DNA from: Isurus oxyrinchus
Lineage: Eukaryota
Length of the DNA: 64,000 nt
Direction of reading: 5' to 3'
Assembly: GCA_026770705.1 (NCBI GenBank)
Contig: JANJGN010000007.1
Span: 97,340,001 to 97,404,000 of the forward strand
Shown piece after piece: positions 1-12,554 of this stretch. Below the pieces are notes generated by a model. That model was not told the DNA's origin. It saw only the letters and a list, made by a program, of their open reading frames with translations, and did no database searches. Each line of letters begins with the position of its first letter. Positions within the stretch are counted from its first letter, which is position 1. Made by a program: the position numbers and the translations under genes.

Positions 1-848
1 AGTCATTATTCGCGATGTTCTGGACGCAAAACCTCCATTGACTTTAGACAAGGAAACAAAATGTTTTTAATTCACTCATAACTCATGACAGGAGACAATA
101 TTTTCTCCAGGCCCAAACATATCATACAGAGCTCGGACTTTGCTCATGTCAATTCTGTGACGACTTAACAGCTTCCCGCCTCAGTACCCCTCAGATCCGC
201 GACTGCGCAACTCAGGGCCATATACAGAGATTTTCCAGCCCTAGAACAAACCGCCTCCTTCCAGAGCCTCAGCCTCATCGGCACCAAAATACCATTTGAA
301 TCTTATTCGTTTCACATGCTTCTAAGCGATGTGATTAATTTCTGTTCCGTCATTCAGACATGCAGGTTTGTTTACTTAAGACAAATGAAAGAAAAAAACA
401 ATCAAGATTAAAATTTGAATCTTCAAAATAAGCAGCAACGTACATTGTTTCATGCTGGGCGTTCCATCTTTTCAGCATTAACAAACTCAATAGTTCAGTA
501 TCACTGACGCTACTTTCTTATCGATATATCGTTATTCCGTTTTATGTTGATACTAAATAGGTTCCTATATACCTCCTGTCTCTTAATCCCCGTTACGTAT
601 CGATCCTGTGCATTTAAAAAAATATTGCTATATACCTATTCGTGCCGTTCCCTCGCAATATTCATTATTATCCTTAACTTCCTCGGCTTTTGATCTTTTT
701 TCCTGGCAAATGCGACCCTCTGTTTCTGTGAATCATCAGTATGTTTCGATTACACAGTGCCCTTTTCACCTTAATTATGTCTTTATCCATTCTGCGAACT
801 TTTACTCTCGATTGCGTTCGCACCTGTCAGATACCCTTTAACTTCATG

Positions 849-986
849 TTATGCAACCGTGAATTCCAAGCCCTTTAGGAACTCATTGTATATGTACGCA
901 CCGGTCCTCGTCCAATTCTCATTCGAAGGAGAGTGGTTAAAGATCATCTGACATGGAACGACGCAAGAATATATAAGGGCATTTTG
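849..986 (-). CDS. Candidate terminal coding exon of a second, minus-strand receptor (QNALIYSCVV...GAYIYNEFLKGLEFTVA*)
   Basis: Strong pyrimidine-rich acceptor (ctccatctttcccaaatttttcag), open phase-0 frame to TAA, and ITIM-like LIYSCV. No upstream exons confirmed. Confidence 0.3.
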   Translation of the reverse strand, partial: QNALIYSCVVPCQMIFNHSPSNENWTRTGAYIYNEFLKGLEFTVA

Positions 987-1704
987 CTGAAAAATTTGGG
1001 AAAGATGGAGGTGTAAAGACATGTTTGGAATAATAGAACAGGTTGACAGAGGCACAGACGCTGTTTCTGTATACGCGTCCGTGTGTGTGTGTGGGGTGGG
1101 GGGTGGGGGAGGGTGGTACTGGTGGTGTGTGGTTAGTATCTGTTTTATTCTAGAAATTCGAGCCTCAGTCCAGAGATTCAGATTGGAGATCTGCAAGAAG
1201 CCAAAATTAATGGCGCCACGTATCACGGAGTATTCTAGGGCTTGAAGATGCCACAGTAATCGGAAGGGGTGAATCCATTGAGGTATTTCAAAGGAAATTT
1301 TGAAATCAAGGCTTTTCTTTGCTTGAGGCCAATGTAAGTCAACAAGCACGGGGCGGATGGGAATCGTGACTTCAGTTAGAATTGGAGGAGCAAACTCTCG
1401 TGTGATCTCTAGTATACGGAGTGTAGAACATGGGAGGCTCCCAGCCATGCATTGCAAGGCTCGAATCTAATGGTAACAAAACTAAGGATGGGGACCTCAG
1501 CAATATTTGAAACAGGGACTGGGTGAGAGACGGTCTTTATATGTCTATTATGCATCAGTAAATACATGTATCTTTATTCTATAATGAATCCATCGATGTT
1601 CAGTTTCGAACTGCCAGATATGTTCAGAATCTGTACAATTGAGAAAGGTGGTAGTCACACAAAACTCAACGAATGACAACCTTACGGTGAAGACCTGACT
1701 TTGC

Positions 1705-2690
1705 CTCCACAAGGACTGTGTGGTGGTCGACCCTAAATTCGTAAATTATATAAATGACATAGATAACTATGTGGGGGTAGGATTAGTAAGTTTATGGATG
1801 ACACGAAGATTGGTCGGGTGTTTAACAGTGAGGTTGAGTGCCTTGGCCTAAAGGAAGATATAGACGGGATGGTCAAATGGGCAGATTAATGGCAGAGGGA
1901 ATTTAATCCTAAAAAGTGTGAGGTTATGCACTTTGGAAGGAATAGGGGCATGGCATTAGAAAGTTGTGAGGAACAAAATGACGTTGGCGTTTGAGTTCAT
2001 TGATCTCTGAAGGAAGAGGGGCTTGTTAGTTGGCTGATAGGAAAAACATATGGGACACTTGCCTTTATTAATCCAGACATATATTACAAAAGAAGGGAGG
2101 TCATGTTGGAGATGTATGGAACCTTGGTGAGGCCACAGCTGGAGTATTGTGTGCAGTTCTGGTCGCCGCATTATAAGAAGGATGTGATTGCACTGGAGGG
2201 GGTGCAGCAGAGGTACACCAGGATGTTCCCTGGGCTGAAACATTTAAGTTATGAAGACAGGTTGGAGATACTTGGGTTGTTTTTGCTGAAGCAGAGAAGA
2301 CTGAGGTGGACCTGATCGAGGTGCACAATATTATGAGGGGTATGGACAGGGTGGATAGGGAGCAGCTGTTCCCCTTAGTTGAAGGTTCAGTCACGAGGGG
2401 ACACAAGTTCAACGTGAGGGTCAGGATGTTTAGGGGGATTTGAGGAAAAACCTTTCTACCTAGAGGGTGGTGACGGTGTGGAATGCGCTGCCTGGAAGGG
2501 TGGTAGAGGCGGGTTGCCTCACATCCTTTAAAAAGTACCTGGATCACCACTTGGCACGTCATAAAATTCAAGGCAACGGGCCGAGTGCTAGGAAATGGGA
2601 TTAGGTAGGCAGGCCAGGTGTTTCTCAGGTGCCGGTGCATTCTCAGTGCGTCAAGGGGCCTCTTCTGCACTGTGATATTCTGTGATTCTG
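1705..2690 (+). mobile_element. CR1 LINE, 5'-truncated 3' end
   Basis: ORF2 C-terminal motif LVRPQLEYCVQFWSPHYKKD and 3' microsatellite tail (ctgtgatt). Closely similar to 62060-63480. Confidence 0.9.
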
Positions 2691-2714
2691 CGTGACAGTG
2701 AAGGAATGGCAATA

Positions 2715-3950
2715 TATTTCTGAGCCAGGATCTTGATTGGCTTGGAGGGGAAATTCCAGTTGCTGATGCTAACCACTGCTGCTGCCTTGCCCTTCTAATG
2801 GTCAGTAGTCATGGGTTTGAAATCTGCTCTCTAAGGCGGCTGGCTGAGCTCCTGCAGGGCATCATGTAGGTGGTACACAATGCTGCCACCGTGCATCGGT
2901 GGTGGAGGGAATGAATGTTTGTAGATGAGGGGCCAATCAAGCGGGCTGAATGGTGTCAAGCTTCTTGAGTATTGTGGGAACTGCAAACACTGCAAGTGGA
3001 CAGTGATCCATCACATTCCTGCAATGTGTCATGCAGATGCTGGATAGACTTTGGGGAGCGAGGAGGTCAGTTTTTCGAAGCAGAATTCCCAGCTTCTGAA
3101 CAATATTTATCTGAATGGTACAGTTCAGTTTCTGGCAATGGTGGCCCCCAGAATGTTGATGGGGGGAGGGGGCAGGGGAGATGATAAGCGATGGCAACAA
3201 AATTGAATGTCAAGGGGCAATGGTTAGTTTTTCTTTTGTGGTTGTTACATGGCACAAACATTGCTTTCCCCTAGTCAGACAAATCCTGGATTTTTTCTAG
3301 ATTTTTCTCCTTTTGGGCTGCTTCAGTATCTGAGGAGCTGCGAAGACAACTGAACATTGTACATTCACTAGTGAGAATCCCCACTTCTGACGTTAGGATG
3401 CAGGGAAGGTCATCAAAGTAGCATTTGAAGAAGGCTGGGCCTAGGACATTAATCTGAGGAACTCCTGCAGAGATGTCCTGGAGCTGAGCTGACTCACCAT
3501 CAACAATAACAGCCATCTTCCTTTCTGCTAGCTATGACTCCAACCAGTGGAGAGTTTTCCCACTGACACCAGTTTTGATAGCGCTCCTTGTTGAAACACG
3601 CTGTCAAATGCAGGCAAGGACAGGCACTCTCAACTCACCTCTGAAGCTCAGCTCTTTCGTCCATGTTTAAACCAGGGCTGTAATGAGGTCAAGAGTTGAC
3701 TTGCCGTTTTGCATCCCAATCTGAACGTTAATGAACAATTTATTGTTTGACTGTCATCCCCTTCCATCACATCACTGATGATTGAGAGTAAACTGACGGG
3801 GCATTATTTAACTGGGTTGGATTTATCCTGCTTCTTGTGTACAGGGCATAACTGGGACATTTCCAATCCCAGTTTTCCAGCTGAATTGGAAAAGCTTAGC
3901 TAAGGGTGTGGAAGATTCTGGAGCACAGGCCTTCAGGAATATTGCCAGCA
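2715..3950 (-). mobile_element. Decayed CR1/L2-group LINE, RT region
   Basis: RT motif ISAGVPQINVLGPAFFKCYFDDLP; same family as 4555-5500 and 14700-17230. Confidence 0.8.
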
Positions 3951-4035
3951 TCACCGTGGTGGGACTTGAAACGGGGTCACAGAGCATTACCCTGGAATAC
4001 TGCATTACTAGTCCAGTGACAATATCACGACAACA
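3950..4035 (-). mobile_element. tRNA-derived SINE head fragment
   Basis: Reverse complement resembles the head of the SINE at 44690-45000 (actggactagtaat...gtttcaagtccc B-box-like). Confidence 0.55.
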
Positions 4036-4554
4036 CTTATCCCCCCTGCCACCGCTAACCGCCACCCCGCCCCATCCCCACACCCTTGACTACGTTGCCT
4101 ATGAAAATTATGTCGATTCCTACTTTTCATAAATTCAATGGCACAGCAACCACTGTTTTCTGTGGAATAGCACTCCACATAGTATGACCCATTCAGAGGA
4201 ACAAAAACTCTCCATCTCTAAGCCAAACGGTGGACCTCTTATTCTTAAATGGTGACTTTCGGTCCTAGTCACTCCCACAAGTGCAAACACCCTCTCTGTA
4301 TCTACCCTCTAAAATCCACCTCATGATCTTGCATGTTTCAGTGAGACCACTTCACCTTCTTCTAAACTCTCTCCATATGATAAAACCATCATCACAGAAA
4401 TGAGTCGAGTGAACCTTCTCTGAACGGATATCCAATGCCCTGTTCAGCTGCAGTAAATCTTTGGTAGAATTATATTCCATTCATCTGCACTATATTTCAA
4501 CATTCCATTTGCCTCCCTACTGAACTGTTGTGCTCACATACTAACTTTATCTCT

Positions 4555-5500
4555 TTTTTATTCATTCACACGATGAAGGCTTCTCTGGTTGGGCCAGCAT
4601 TTGTTGCCCATCTCTAAGTTGCTCTTGAGAACGTGGCAATGAGCTGTCGTCTTGAGCCCCTGCTGTCCAGTGTGGGGTTGGCACAGCCACAGCGCTTTTT
4701 CAAAGGGAGTTGCAGGGTTTTGACCCAGTGACAGTGAAGGAACGGTGATATATTTCCAAGTCAAGGTGATGTACAACTTGGGTGGGAAGTTGCACGTGGT
4801 GGCGTTCACATGCATCTGTTGCCCTTGTCCATCCAGGTGCGACACTTCACGATTTTAGAAGGTGCTGTTGAAGGAGACTTGGTGTATTGCAGCATCTTGC
4901 AGATGGCACAAAGTTTTTCCACTGTATCTCGATGGTGGAGGAGTGAATGGTGTGCCATTCAAGCGGAATGCCTGACCTATATGGTGTGCAGCTACTTGAA
5001 TGTAGTTCTGACGGCACTTATCTACGCAAGTAGAGTGTGTTCCATCATGGTCCTTATTCTTTCTTTAAGATTGTGGCTTTGGGGAATCAGGAGGTGAGTA
5101 AGTCACCACAGTTTTTTCCAACTTATCAAATGCTCCTGTGGCCTCAGTTTTTATATAGCTGGCCCAGTTGAATTTCTGGCCAATGGTAACTCCCAGGATG
5201 TTGATAGCAGGGGATTAAATTTCCCTTGTCCTTCCAGATGATATCGGTCGTGAGTTTGGAAGGAGCTGTATAAGGAACTTTGGTGAGTTCCTGCAATGAA
5301 TCATGTCGATGATACAAATTGCTGCTAATGTGCATCTGCGGTGGATGGAGTGAATTTTTGTGAATGTGGTGCCAATCAGGCGGGATATTTTGTTCCTTCA
5401 AACTTGTTCAGTGTTGTGGGAGTTGCACGCATCCTGGCTGGGCCATTGAATTGATTCAAGTAGGAGTTTGGCAGAACTTTTGCTGACATGGGTGTCAGGA
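4555..5500 (-). mobile_element. Decayed CR1/L2-group LINE 3' fragments
   Basis: The 3' end (ttttttattcattcac..gggccagcatttgttgccc) and body resemble 14700-15400. Confidence 0.7.
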
Positions 5501-5599
5501 ATTGGGAAGGACGAGCTGTGGAGCATAAGGCCATAAGGCAGGGAGCGTGATTCATGTACCACGCCACCAAAAACTGTCTGCACCACCGAGTTCAGCATT

Positions 5600-5980
5600 T
5601 CTTATGCATTTAAATTGTACTCTGTTTTTCGATCTTTACTGCCAAATTGAGCAAGTTCACATTTTGCCCGTTATACTCCACCTGCTATTTTGTTCTCACT
5701 TACATAACCTGTTTATATCCCTTTGAAGACTCTCTAACTCCTCCTAATAGGTTTAATTCCATGTATAGTGGTGCCATAAGCAAATTTAGTTCCACACAGG
5801 TGGCTCCTTCATCCAAATCATTGATGAAGATTGTAAATAGTTTAGGCCCCTGCACTGATCCGTGTAGCATTCCGTTTGTATGGCTTGGGAATCCGAAAAA
5901 TACCAATTCATCCATAGTCTCTGCTTCCTGTTAGGTAGCCAATATTTTCTCATTGCTAATATGTTACTCCCTACAATATG
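5600..5980 (-). mobile_element. CR1 RT fragment
   Basis: GSVQGPKLFTIFINDLDEG RT motif. Confidence 0.8.
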
Positions 5981-6591
5981 TAACCTCATCCAGTGTGAAA
6001 TGAATCTTTGGAGTAGTGGTGCTCTTCTCAATATGGCTGAAGAGCTTGAAGCTGTGCCTGTGAGGAGGTGCTGGAGAGCAAACACGGGAATCCAGGGGGA
6101 TGGATTTCCGGGAGTTGAGATTGAAAACCTGGGAGGTGAGCAGTCGTTGATCCAGTCGAAGTGGGAATGAGATTTACAGGGGATTCTGAGTCACGGTCTT
6201 TCAAACGGAAGAGAGATGACTTGGAACATTTCCTGAGATAGACAGATCTTGAAGGAGGTTGTCTATTCACAGAGAAGATTGACTTCTTGGTGGGTTGCTC
6301 AGTATCGATACCATCTGCCTTGGGCACATTGGTCATTTATTGGGCGGTGTGGTGCTTACGACCATTGTTTGCTTAGTTTTTCTTACTTAGCTGAAGTTAA
6401 ACCTGAATGTTAGATCATAAGATAGATCTTGTAGATTTCTTTACTTTTTGGACTTTGAATAGTGCCATTTATTTTACTTTTTCTCAAAAACCGTGGAGTT
6501 TTGCGGCATTCATCTCGCAGCAAATGGCTTGGATTTCAAACTTTTTCGACTTTAATCAAAAATATTACTAGTCCCTAACTGAATCGTAACA
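5980..6591. mobile_element. Possible LTR remnant
   Basis: Interrupts CR1 sequence and ends in ..tcgtaaCA; non-coding; no TSD identified. Confidence 0.35.
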
Positions 6592-7546
6592 AAACCTTGA
6601 GAGTCTAGTACATTACAGGGTGGAATGGGGAAAAATCCAGAATAAGAAATTAGTTTTTCAGTGTCCGATATGTCGGTCAGCACTGATTATTGCTTAGCCA
6701 TTAAACAGGCCTCATTTAGTCAGAGTTTATTTTTGTCAGTGAGATCACGGCACCCGAACTGGGAATTTATGTAAATTAATTGATATCTAAGATTTCCGTA
6801 TGAAGTCTTCACCAGCGAATCCTTAAGTGGAGTGAAGAAGCACACACGCAACCTTCTGGTTTTCAGCAATGAAGTGTGAATTTGCGGACAGCAGTAGTTC
6901 GTATAGGTTTAACAGTGAAATGACATTTGGGGCTCACAATGTCTCAATCATAATCTCGGCCACGATCATCAAGAGACATATGATGTGTTTGGGAAAAACG
7001 CAAAACCGATACTAAGATTCGAGGTAGTGGTTTAAGACTTCTACCAAAAAAAAGTTGCAAATTGTTTAATGGGCAAATGTGCAGAAAATAAGTTGGAAGG
7101 TTTTCAGAAAGTAAACACTATGCCATATCAATTCCTTACCCTAAACTGCAAAATCATTACTTCATATAAATTAAAGTCATGAACAACAAGTTAGTCAAAG
7201 GGACACCACTAATGTAAAAAAAAATGCTTGCAAAGTTTTAAAAGCTACTGGCAGTTGGGGGAGGTATAAACAATAACAAACAGTTGCAGCAGAAAGAAGT
7301 TATCTGGACCCACCCTGTAATGTCCTGTAAGTATATTGTAATTTTCAATTAGGTTGCCCGTCATCCTTCGAAATTTCAGCGAATGCAGACCAAACATACT
7401 CAATCTCCCCTCATACGACAATCCTGCCATCTCATGGATTAATCTGGTGAACCTCCATTGCATTTTCTCTATGGCAAGTATACCCTTCTTCAAGAAGGTG
7501 ATACAAGCTGTGCACAATACTCCAACAAGGCTCTATATAACAGCAG

Positions 7547-9557
7547 ATAAAAGCAAAATACTGCGGATGTTGGAAATCCAAAAAAAAAATAAAAATACCT
7601 GGAAAAACTCAGCGGGTCTGACAGCATCTACGGAGAGGAATACAGTTAACGTTTCGAGTCTGTGTGCCTGTTCAACAGGACTAAGGAAAAATTGAAAAGG
7701 GGTGAAATATAAGCTGGTTTAAGTTGGTGGGGGGGGGGGTGGGGGGACATGTAGAGCAGGATAGAGGGCCAGTGATAGTTGGAGATAGCCAAAAGATGTC
7801 ATAAACAAAAGGGCAAAGAGGTGTTGTAGGTGATGATATTATCTAAGGCATGTGATAACTGCTGACATTATTGGAAAAAAGGGGGATAGCAAAGGGGGTG
7901 GGGATGGAGAAGAGAGTTCGTGATCTGAAATTGTTAAACTCAATATTCAGGCCGGAAAGCTGTAAAGCGCCGAGTCGGAAGATGAGGTCCTGTTCCTCCA
8001 GTTTGTGTTGAGCTTGTCTGGAACAATGCAGAACTCCAAGGACGGGCATGTCGGCATGAGAACAGGGTGGAGTGTTGAAATGGCAAGCGACAGGGATGTC
8101 TAGGTCATGCTTGCGGACAGATCGAAGGTATTCTGCAAAGCGGTCACCAAGCCTGCGTTTCATCTCTCCAATGTAGAGGAAGTCACATTGGGAGCAGCGA
8201 ATGCAGTAGACCATGTTGAGGGAAGTGCATGTGAAATACTGCTTCACTTGAAAAGTGTATTTGGACCGTTGGATGGTGAAGTGAGTGGAGGTAAAGGGGG
8301 CAGTTGTTTTACCTTCTGCGGTTGCATGGGAAGGTGCCATGGGATCGGGTTGAGGTGTAGGGGGTGATGGAAGAGTGGACCAGCGTGTCCCGAAGGGAAT
8401 GATCCCTGTGATATGTCGCCGAGCGGGCGGGGGGGGGGGGGGGGCGGGAGGGGATTAAGGTAAGATGTGTTTGGCGGTGGCATCATGCTGGACTTGGTGA
8501 AAATGTCAGAGGATGTTCCTTTGAATGCAGAGGCTGGTGGGGTGATAAGTGAGGACAAGGGGGACCCTATCATGGTTCTTGGAGGGAGATGAAGATATAA
8601 GGGCGGATGCACGGGAGTTGGGCCAGACACGGTTGTGGGCCCTGTCAACCACCGTGGGTGCAAAACCTCGGTTAAGGAAGAAGGAAGACATGTGAGAGGA
8701 ACTGTTTTTGAAACTGGCTTCATCAGCATAGATGCGATGGAGGTGAAGGAACTGAGAGAATGGGATGGAGTCCTTACAGGAAGTGGGGTGTGAGGAGTTG
8801 TATTCAAGGTAGTTATGGAAGTCGGTAGGCTTTTAATGAATATTGGTGAACAGTTTATCACCAGAAATTCAGACAGAGAAGTCAAGGAACGGAAGGGAAG
8901 TGTCAGAGATGGACCATGTGAAAATGATGGAGGGATGGAATTTGGAAGCAAAATTAATATTTTTTTCCAGGTCCAGACGAGAGCATGAAGCAGCACTGAG
9001 AAGCAATCATCGATATACTGGAGAAGAGTTGTTGGAGGGGCCCGGAGTGGGACTGAACTAGGGAATTTTCCACCACCTCCCCCCACCCCCCACCTTCTGA
9101 TCCCCCTTTTGTCCGATAATATATACAGATTTTTCTTTTCCCACCTATTTCACTTATATTTAAGTATATTTCCATTTATTGTTTTATCTCTACCTTTTAG
9201 CCTATTTCAATCCCTTGCTCCCACCCCACCCCACCTACGGTTATCTGTACATTGCTCGTCCTGCTTTCTACCCTTAATGTCACCTATTATCACATTCCTT
9301 AGATAATATCATCACTTTCAACACCTCTTCGTCCTTTTGTCTATGACATCTTTTGGCTATCTGCACCTATCCCTGGCCCACTATCCAGCTCTACTTGTCC
9401 CATCCATCCCCACCTTAAATCAGCTTATATTTGACCTCTTTTCTTTTTTTCCTTTGATTTGTTGAAGAATCTTATGGACTCGAAACGTTAACTCTGTTCC
9501 TGTCCGCAGATGCTGTCAGACCTGCTGAGTTTTTCCAGGTATTTTTATTTTTCTTTT
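7547..9557 (-). mobile_element. Penelope-like element: partial RT plus GIY-YIG endonuclease, with terminal repeat in inverted orientation (9075-9557)
   Basis: VYCIRCSQCDFLYIGEMKRRLGDRFAE and GLNIEFNNF (GIY-YIG); QYIDDCF (RT); the ends are inverted copies of the 3' repeat; degenerate TSD ctatataacagcag/ctacataactgaag. Confidence 0.9.
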
Positions 9558-9708
9558 CTACATAACTGAAGCAAGACATCATTACTCATGTCATCAGATC
9601 CCCTCGCAATGAAGGGCAATCTACCATTTGCCCTCTAATTGCTTGTTATGCCTGCTTGCTAGCTTTTTAATAGCTCATGAACAAGGGCATCCAAATCTCT
9701 TTGGACAC

Positions 9709-10254
9709 TGTTCGGGGGAAGAACGTAGAACTGCATTGTAAGGGAATGAATTAATTAAGTTAGGATCTATCGGCAGTCTAGTGCAAACAAGTATATGAAC
9801 AGTTAGCCAGTTAACCCAGATGAACCTTATACACTCCCGAACTTTGTACACCCCCGATGTTTGCAATCACCAGCAAGGTACTGGGAGTTAGACTGCAGAG
9901 TTAGGTAGGGAAACAACTAAGACTAAGTATGTTCGTCAACAGATAGGTGAAGGACAGATGGTCCCAGCTTAAATAGGAGGGAAAGTCTCTACCTGTGTGA
10001 AAATAGGGACATACGATTCATGTACCTGTTGCCAGATATGGCTGTTTAATGTAAAGCTATATGTTTACGAGATCGGAACACAGAGAATGTTCTTCTCCGT
10101 GACAAATAATGTATAAATATGATGAGCACTTGTAATTTATCAGAGTGCTATCTCAAGTTGCCTTCAGACGGATCTTTCCTTGCAATTGCTCGAAAAGGTA
10201 ATAGCGACCTGATTCTGAGACTTCTGTTGTCCATTTGTCAAAGTTACCACAACA
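9709..10254 (+). mobile_element. Candidate solo LTR (546 bp)
   Basis: TGTT...AACA termini, 4/5 matching flanks gacac/gacaa, TATA-like gtataaata at about 10111, cleanly splits the host CR1. Confidence 0.6.
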
Positions 10255-11549
10255 GACAACAACTTCTCTATGTCTCACTATATAAGAAGTATCCCGCTAT
10301 TTTGTTCATTTTTCTGCAAAATGAAAAACTTCACACTTAGTCACATTGCCTTCCGCCTGCAAAGTTTCAGACCGTTCACTTAGCCTGCCCAAATCCTTTT
10401 AAAGTCGCCTTGCTTCCTCCTCACAACTCAGATGCCCATCTTACTTCATGTCATCAGCAAAGGTGGAAATATTGCAATTAGTCACCACACCCAAATAATC
10501 TATATAGCTGTGAGCAGCTGTGGACATAGCACTGATCCTTGTGCCAAGGATCAGCCTGCCATCACGAGAATGACATGTTATTCCTGCTCTCTGCTTCCTG
10601 TCTGTTAACCAATTCGCAATCCATACTAATACAAATCTCCCAATCCCATGCCCCCTATTATTTTTTACCGACCTCCTGTTTTGCATCATATCAAACGCCT
10701 TCTGAACATCCAAATATACCGCATCCACTGGTTCAGTGTTCATTCAGTAGCGATAGTATATGAATGGATAACGTGCTTCAAATCTCAAGGAACCACATAT
10801 CAAATCATGCAAGCTATCCGAAGGTAGTCGGCCTAATGAAATCACAGTAATAAATAAAGTGATGACACTCAAACATAACAAACCCCAAGGAACCAATGGT
10901 TCTCTCGTAAGATTTAAAGGAAGTAGCTGGGACTGTAGTGGATGCATTCATTTTAACCTTACAATGTTCCATTGCTTATTAAATTGACCACTTAGTTTGA
11001 GGAATCCTGCATGCCATACTGTTGCTTAAAAATCTAAGAGGTAGGAACAAGAGAATAATAAACCAGTTAGTCTAATATCAGGAAATTACTAGAATCAATA
11101 ATTAAGATATCGTCACTCAATATGTTTGTTCCTTTCCAGCTTATCAGACAACATTACTTGGAAGGGTGGACGAAGCTGGACGAATTTCTGAAGGGATGAT
11201 TAAGCAGTGGGCAGGAAAACTGAAATGGATAATAATGAAATATACTTACTGAAAACATTTGATAAACTCCCTCATAAGGGACTAAAACCTACAATTGAAG
11301 CTCGTTAGAGCTTGTTTGTTGATGAATTACATGAGGGAAGAGAGCAATATGTAGAAGTTTGCCCATGACACAAAGATAGGCAACAATCTATTCTGTTCCA
11401 AGTGGGGATTAATATTGTAAGTAGATCGAGCAGATAATAGATGGGATGAAAACAGAGAGGCAGGAGGTATTGAACAGAGGGGGTATGCTTGGAGTAGGTG
11501 TCCCGCCAGATCACAATGGCGTGTATCACAAATGACTAAATAAAGTACT

Positions 11550-12435
11550 AAAGACAAAACAAAACTGCGGATGCTGGAAAGCCAAAACAAAAACAGAATT
11601 ACCTGGAAAAACTCAGCAGGTCTGGCAGCATCGGCGGAGAAGAAAAGTGTTGACGTTTCGAGTCTTCATGACCCTTCGACAGAACTTGATTTCGAGTCCA
11701 GGAAAGAGTTGAAATATAAGCTGGTTTAAGGTGTGTGTGTGTGGGGGGGGGGGGGGGGGGGGGGGGCGGAGAGAGAGAGAGAGACAGAGGTGCTTGTGTA
11801 GACAAACAAGCAGTGATAGAAGCAGATCATCAAAAGATGTCAGTGACAATGGGACAAAAGAACACATAGGTGTTAAAGTTAAAGTTGGTGATATTATCTA
11901 AACGAATGTGCTAATTAAGAATGGATGGTAGGGCACTCAAGGTACAGCTCTAGTGGGGGTGGGGGGAGCATAAAAGATTTTAAAATATTTAAAAATATTT
12001 AAATGATTATTTTTAAATATTTTAAAATCTTTTATGCTCCCCCCACCCCCACTAGAGCTGTACCTTGAGTGCCCTACCATCCATTCTTAATTAGCACATT
12101 CGTTTAGATAATATCACCAACTTTAACTTTAACACCTATGTGTTCTTTTGTCCCATTGTCACTGACATCTTTTGATGATCTGCTTCTATCACTGCTTGTT
12201 TGTCTACACAAGCACCTCTGTCTCTCTCTCTCTCTCCGCCCCCCCCCCCCCCCCCCCCCCCCCCCCAACACACACACACACACACACACCTTAAACCAGC
12301 TTATATTTCAACTCTTTCCTGGACTCGAAATCAAGTTCTGTCGAAGGGTCATGAAGACTCGAAACGTCAACTCTTTTCTTCTCCGCCGATGCTGCCAGAC
12401 CTGCTGAGTTTTTCCAGGTAATTCTGTTTTTGTTT
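11550..12435. mobile_element. Fold-back (palindromic) non-autonomous Penelope-like insertion
   Basis: Near-identical inverted arms of about 415 bp (11584-11997 / 12008-12435), loop of about 10 nt, exact 13-bp TSD taaataaagtact (11537-11549, 12436-12448). Confidence 0.92.
12334..12372 (+). ncRNA. Minimal type-I hammerhead ribozyme-like motif in the Penelope terminal repeat (mirror copy 11648-11686 on -)
   Basis: agtt-CTGTCGA-a-gggtc-atgaa-gactc-GAAA-cGTC-aact: stem I agtt/aact, stem II gggtc/gactc, palindromic acgt stem III. Confidence 0.65.
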
Positions 12436-12554
12436 TAAATAAAGTACTGTTGGATATAACAAACACCCAAGATTTGGTTTGACGTGCGTCGATGCCAATC
12501 AACTTTTAATCGTCCCATGGATACGGCTGAGCAGCTGATGACCTTGGTGCTAGG

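Larger units (their letters stand above)
7290..10740 (-). mobile_element. CR1 3' half, host for nested Penelope-like and solo-LTR insertions
   Basis: CR1 motifs (AIEKMQWRFTRLI; VDAVYLDVQKAFD; ISTFADD) are colinear across the two insertions. Confidence 0.8.

Noticed and set aside
1686-1732. 47-nt minus-strand mini-exon candidate upstream of the orphan exon
   Set aside because: Overlaps the degenerate 5' edge of the CR1 copy, so it is probably coincidental.
11599-12421. Mirror-image proline-rich ORFs (also at 37750 and 62507-62837)
   Set aside because: Translations of the non-coding Penelope terminal repeat and its C/CA runs.
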